Below are positions 60,991 to 64,000 of a stretch of 64,000 bases of DNA, in pieces. The notes below the pieces were generated by a model. It had not been told where the DNA came from. It saw nothing but the letters and a program-made list of their open reading frames with translations, and ran no database searches. How positions within the stretch are numbered: the stretch's first letter is position 1; the number at the start of each line of letters is the position of its first letter. This stretch comes from Sedimentisphaerales bacterium (GTDB taxonomy: Bacteria; Planctomycetota; Phycisphaerae; Sedimentisphaerales; SM23-30). The DNA lies in NCBI GenBank assembly GCA_963666285.1, contig OY762711.1; one strand, given 5' to 3'. A program made the translations under genes and the position numbers.

Positions 60991-62604
60991 CTACGCCTTA
61001 TTTCCCCTGGTTAACCTTCTGTTAGATAGTTTTTTCCAGATGCTATTTGCTAGTGCAATTTCATTTGAAGTAAAACCATAATGTTTTTGCAGAATAACTT
61101 TGTTTGTCACTTCTAAAACTTCCTCAATGGTTTTCCCTGCCCTAATCATCTGGTCAATATTCTTTAACAAAGATTTATTGTCTGCGTGGTACGGAAGCAT
61201 AATTTCTTCAACTTCATTTGGCATCAATTCTAAAACTCCACCTCCATGGCTTCGACCACATATTTCTGCAAATGCAAGAGATAAGGAATTATAATAACTT
61301 GCAGTCAACGCTTTAATATCTACTTCTGCCCCAGGAGTGACTCTGTGCATAGTGTCAGTTGTATAAGCTTTAGCTTCATTAATAATAAGTTTGGGATATA
61401 TATTGTTTCTTCGAATGAATAATGCATCAGATATCCTTAAGGAAGGGACTATTTGCCATTCATCTCTTATCCTACATTTATATCCTTTATCGATTCCATG
61501 TTTCTGCCCCCAGGCTAAATACTTTAAGGCCCCATTGTTTTTCCTTAATTTATCTTTTGTAGGAAAAGTCAATAAATGTGCTCGGGCCTCATTATCTCTA
61601 TTAAACTCCCAGTCCATTGCAGTAAATATTGCACTTGGAACTTGAACACTTCTTCCAACTAATGGTTTTGCATATTTCTTCAAGTTATACATACTTATTG
61701 TAGAACTAGGTACAGTAAAAAAAGGATTTGCGCCTGTTGTAATTCCAACTTCAACGGTAGCATATTCACCGAATAAAGGAACAGTCTTTTGTTCTTGTAA
61801 CCTTTCAAGGAAATTAATCTCTTTCTGACTCAAAAAATAAAAAGTCCATTTGTTTGACTTAAAATCGATTGTTTTTCGGGGACTTCTTAACTTGGTCATG
61901 TCGATTTTTGTTAAGTCGTCTGCATCCTTAAGCTCTAAGTGCTCAATGCAATGTTTTTTTGATTTATTTTTTTCACATAATAAGAGAACGACTTCTTGTT
62001 GGATATCAGGAAAAACTAATTTCTTGAATGAAATAACATTGATCTTGTTATAAAACTGCGAAAGAAATTGGCGAAGCGTTTTAGCATAAGAGACTTGCAA
62101 TATTTCAGCAGGAAGAACAAAACCAATCTTTCCGCAATCTTTTAATAATAGACTTGAACCTACAACAAATGAAACCCAAGCGTTTGTAAGCTTAGAGTAC
62201 TTTAAATTTGCTCGTTGAAATATCTGTTCAGCTTCATTTCGCTGCTGCTTGTCAAAGTACTGATATCGTATATATGGCGGATTCCCAACAACCAAATCAT
62301 ATTTCTTGTTTGTTTCGTTACAGAATATATGAAAATCTTTACAAATTATTTCAGTCTTAGAGAGACTGATCTTTTTTGCCTTACCAGCTTCTGTTTCGTC
62401 TAGCTCAATTGCATCTACGGATTTATACGGATAGCCTGCTTCTTTAATTTCTTCCAGAAACACTCCATCCCCACAACTTGGCTCTAAGACATCATGGCCT
62501 TTACTTCCATTAAAGCCCCATTTCAAGATAAATGATGCTATTGCAGGAGGAGTGTAAAAACCTCCTCTGAGTTTTTCTTCACTTGCTTGATTAATCAGTT
62601 TCAT
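60991..62604 (-). CDS. N6-adenine DNA methyltransferase (Eco57I-type companion methylase)
   Basis: GGFYTP, VLEPSCGDGVF (motif I), VVGNPPYIRYQ (motif IV), GGGVLELMPNE; start MKLIN at 62604. Confidence 0.88.
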   Translation of the reverse strand: MKLINQASEEKLRGGFYTPPAIASFILKWGFNGSKGHDVLEPSCGDGVFLEEIKEAGYPYKSVDAIELDETEAGKAKKISLSKTEIICKDFHIFCNETNKKYDLVVGNPPYIRYQYFDKQQRNEAEQIFQRANLKYSKLTNAWVSFVVGSSLLLKDCGKIGFVLPAEILQVSYAKTLRQFLSQFYNKINVISFKKLVFPDIQQEVVLLLCEKNKSKKHCIEHLELKDADDLTKIDMTKLRSPRKTIDFKSNKWTFYFLSQKEINFLERLQEQKTVPLFGEYATVEVGITTGANPFFTVPSSTISMYNLKKYAKPLVGRSVQVPSAIFTAMDWEFNRDNEARAHLLTFPTKDKLRKNNGALKYLAWGQKHGIDKGYKCRIRDEWQIVPSLRISDALFIRRNNIYPKLIINEAKAYTTDTMHRVTPGAEVDIKALTASYYNSLSLAFAEICGRSHGGGVLELMPNEVEEIMLPYHADNKSLLKNIDQMIRAGKTIEEVLEVTNKVILQKHYGFTSNEIALANSIWKKLSNRRLTRGNKA

Positions 62605-64000
62605 ATAACTCACCAATTAGTGGTATTAATAGGTCCTTGCCCTTTAGCCCATATAGTTTTTTTAGGAGGTTACACATTGCATTCTTTTGTAATTCAAAAG
62701 TTTTTTGCAATGGTTCCTGCTTCCTCTTGTTGCCATCATTTTGACCAATCGAGTGGTAGATTTCAATTAATTGTTTTTGAACACGTGATATTTCATCATG
62801 GACTGAAACGTCATTTTTGTCTTTAAAATTAATAGCTCGTATAGGGAGACGCTTAAGCACTTTAGTACCACGAGCAATGTAACCGCCGCGAAATACTTCA
62901 CCATATAAAGCAGAAAACCACTCGACGTATTTTGAGTTAAGTAATGCTTGGATGTAGTAAATAGAGTATTGACAGTCATCGGGCAATGTGATCATACAAT
63001 AACCTGCAGTGCCTCCAGAGGATATAAGAGTGCCGTAATAATCAATGGCATACTTGTCACCTTGGGATAAAACTCCAACAATAATTTTGGCGGGAACATC
63101 ACATTTATCTAAACACTGATGCCTACCATATCGGTACCATTCATTTTCAGCTGTAGGTGGTGGACTAATATTCCGTTCAGTAAGTTTATCCTTATATGCT
63201 CTCAAGTATTCAAATGCCTTGGGATATTGCTTTCTCAACACATCCAGCTTAACAAAATCAATACTATCGTTCTGTTTTATATAAGGGTAGATGACAAATG
63301 AATTTGGGGAAAAGGGGCGATACGTATTTAGATTGTCAGCCCCACTTGATGTTTGGAAGTAAGGTCGTGTTAGTTCTTTCTCTATCGCCCATACTTTCCC
63401 ATCTTTACGAAAGTAGTAATACTTAGAATCGTCACTAATAGGAATATGGACGTAAATACTATTGGCACTGGTTTGTATACCATTGTAAATATTGCTAGGC
63501 CCAAGCAAGTCACCAAGTTCTACGCTCTGATTGCCAATGGCATCGTAAATTGGTTTTAGATCACTTGACACAAGCACCCAGCCGTTATTGTCTAGGTCGT
63601 CATAATTTACATTCTCATAAGCCTTGGTGGTTTTACGAGTCATCCAACTATCAAGGTCATTGTACTCTGCATATTGCAAAAAATCTTGAGTTTGCTTTTG
63701 AGCGATTAGTAAGCATGTATATGTCGTCTTATCCTGAAAAACTTGATTAGCACCAAATGAAAGTATTCGGCTTATATAGTCATTGTCTTTTAAGTATTTT
63801 CGAAGTTCCTTTCCTGCTCCGACTTTTGTAAACTTGCTCGGGACTATATACCCCAAGTGTCCGCCATCCTTTAACAAAGAGCAAGCACGTTCTATAAATA
63901 GAAAGTATTTATCGAACTGCTTATGTGATGTTTGATAATACTGTTTATATAAACCAAACTCTTTTGGGGTTAGGTTTTTCATGTTTTCTGTCGAAAGGTA
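62591..64000 (-). CDS. Type IIG (Eco57I-like) restriction-modification protein, C-terminal part (5' end outside the window)
   Basis: The frame is open to the window edge (YLSTENMK..., probably just after NPP); FDKYFLFIERA...GYIVPSKF, WYRYGRHQ, YIQALLNSK...FRGGY target-recognition-like region. Confidence 0.82.
   Translation of the reverse strand, partial: YLSTENMKNLTPKEFGLYKQYYQTSHKQFDKYFLFIERACSLLKDGGHLGYIVPSKFTKVGAGKELRKYLKDNDYISRILSFGANQVFQDKTTYTCLLIAQKQTQDFLQYAEYNDLDSWMTRKTTKAYENVNYDDLDNNGWVLVSSDLKPIYDAIGNQSVELGDLLGPSNIYNGIQTSANSIYVHIPISDDSKYYYFRKDGKVWAIEKELTRPYFQTSSGADNLNTYRPFSPNSFVIYPYIKQNDSIDFVKLDVLRKQYPKAFEYLRAYKDKLTERNISPPPTAENEWYRYGRHQCLDKCDVPAKIIVGVLSQGDKYAIDYYGTLISSGGTAGYCMITLPDDCQYSIYYIQALLNSKYVEWFSALYGEVFRGGYIARGTKVLKRLPIRAINFKDKNDVSVHDEISRVQKQLIEIYHSIGQNDGNKRKQEPLQKTFELQKNAMCNLLKKLYGLKGKDLLIPLIGELYETD

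Noticed and set aside
483..63750. Numerous short ORFs in the track overlapping the long genes
   Set aside because: They are antisense or out-of-frame shadows of well-supported CDSs, with no motifs or RBS support.

Overview
This AT-rich bacterial window most likely comes from a planctomycete of the Phycisphaerae/Sedimentisphaerales type. That is inferred from the prepilin-like H-X9-DG protein, the ECF sigma/FecR-NPCBM pair and the GLUG/PASTA/dockerin-like secreted protein. 1-12 kb holds housekeeping and accessory genes (frameshifted hemerythrin end, MocR regulator, MscS, uvrB, sulfatase, GH18, fusA, thioesterase); the first four gene junctions each carry the same heptamer-plus-palindrome repeat. 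12-52 kb is a large polysaccharide-degradation region (GH127, three GH43, GH130, two GH92, GH38, GH2, SGNH, PL11). 53-64 kb is a decayed integration hotspot (IS remnant, lipoproteins, GIY-YIG gene running into a degenerate tRNA-Asn, direct repeats), followed by a defence island with a Gabija-like OLD nuclease plus UvrD helicase and an Eco57I-like type IIG restriction-modification system. The least expected signals are four: a promoter-driven double-hairpin kissing-loop RNA upstream of fusA that resembles an SRP Alu domain; a 182-bp MITE with 5-bp target-site duplications that rewrote the start of the GH38 gene; the four-copy palindromic repeat array; and the GIY-YIG/tRNA-Asn remnant. All calls come from reading motifs by eye; no database searches were run.
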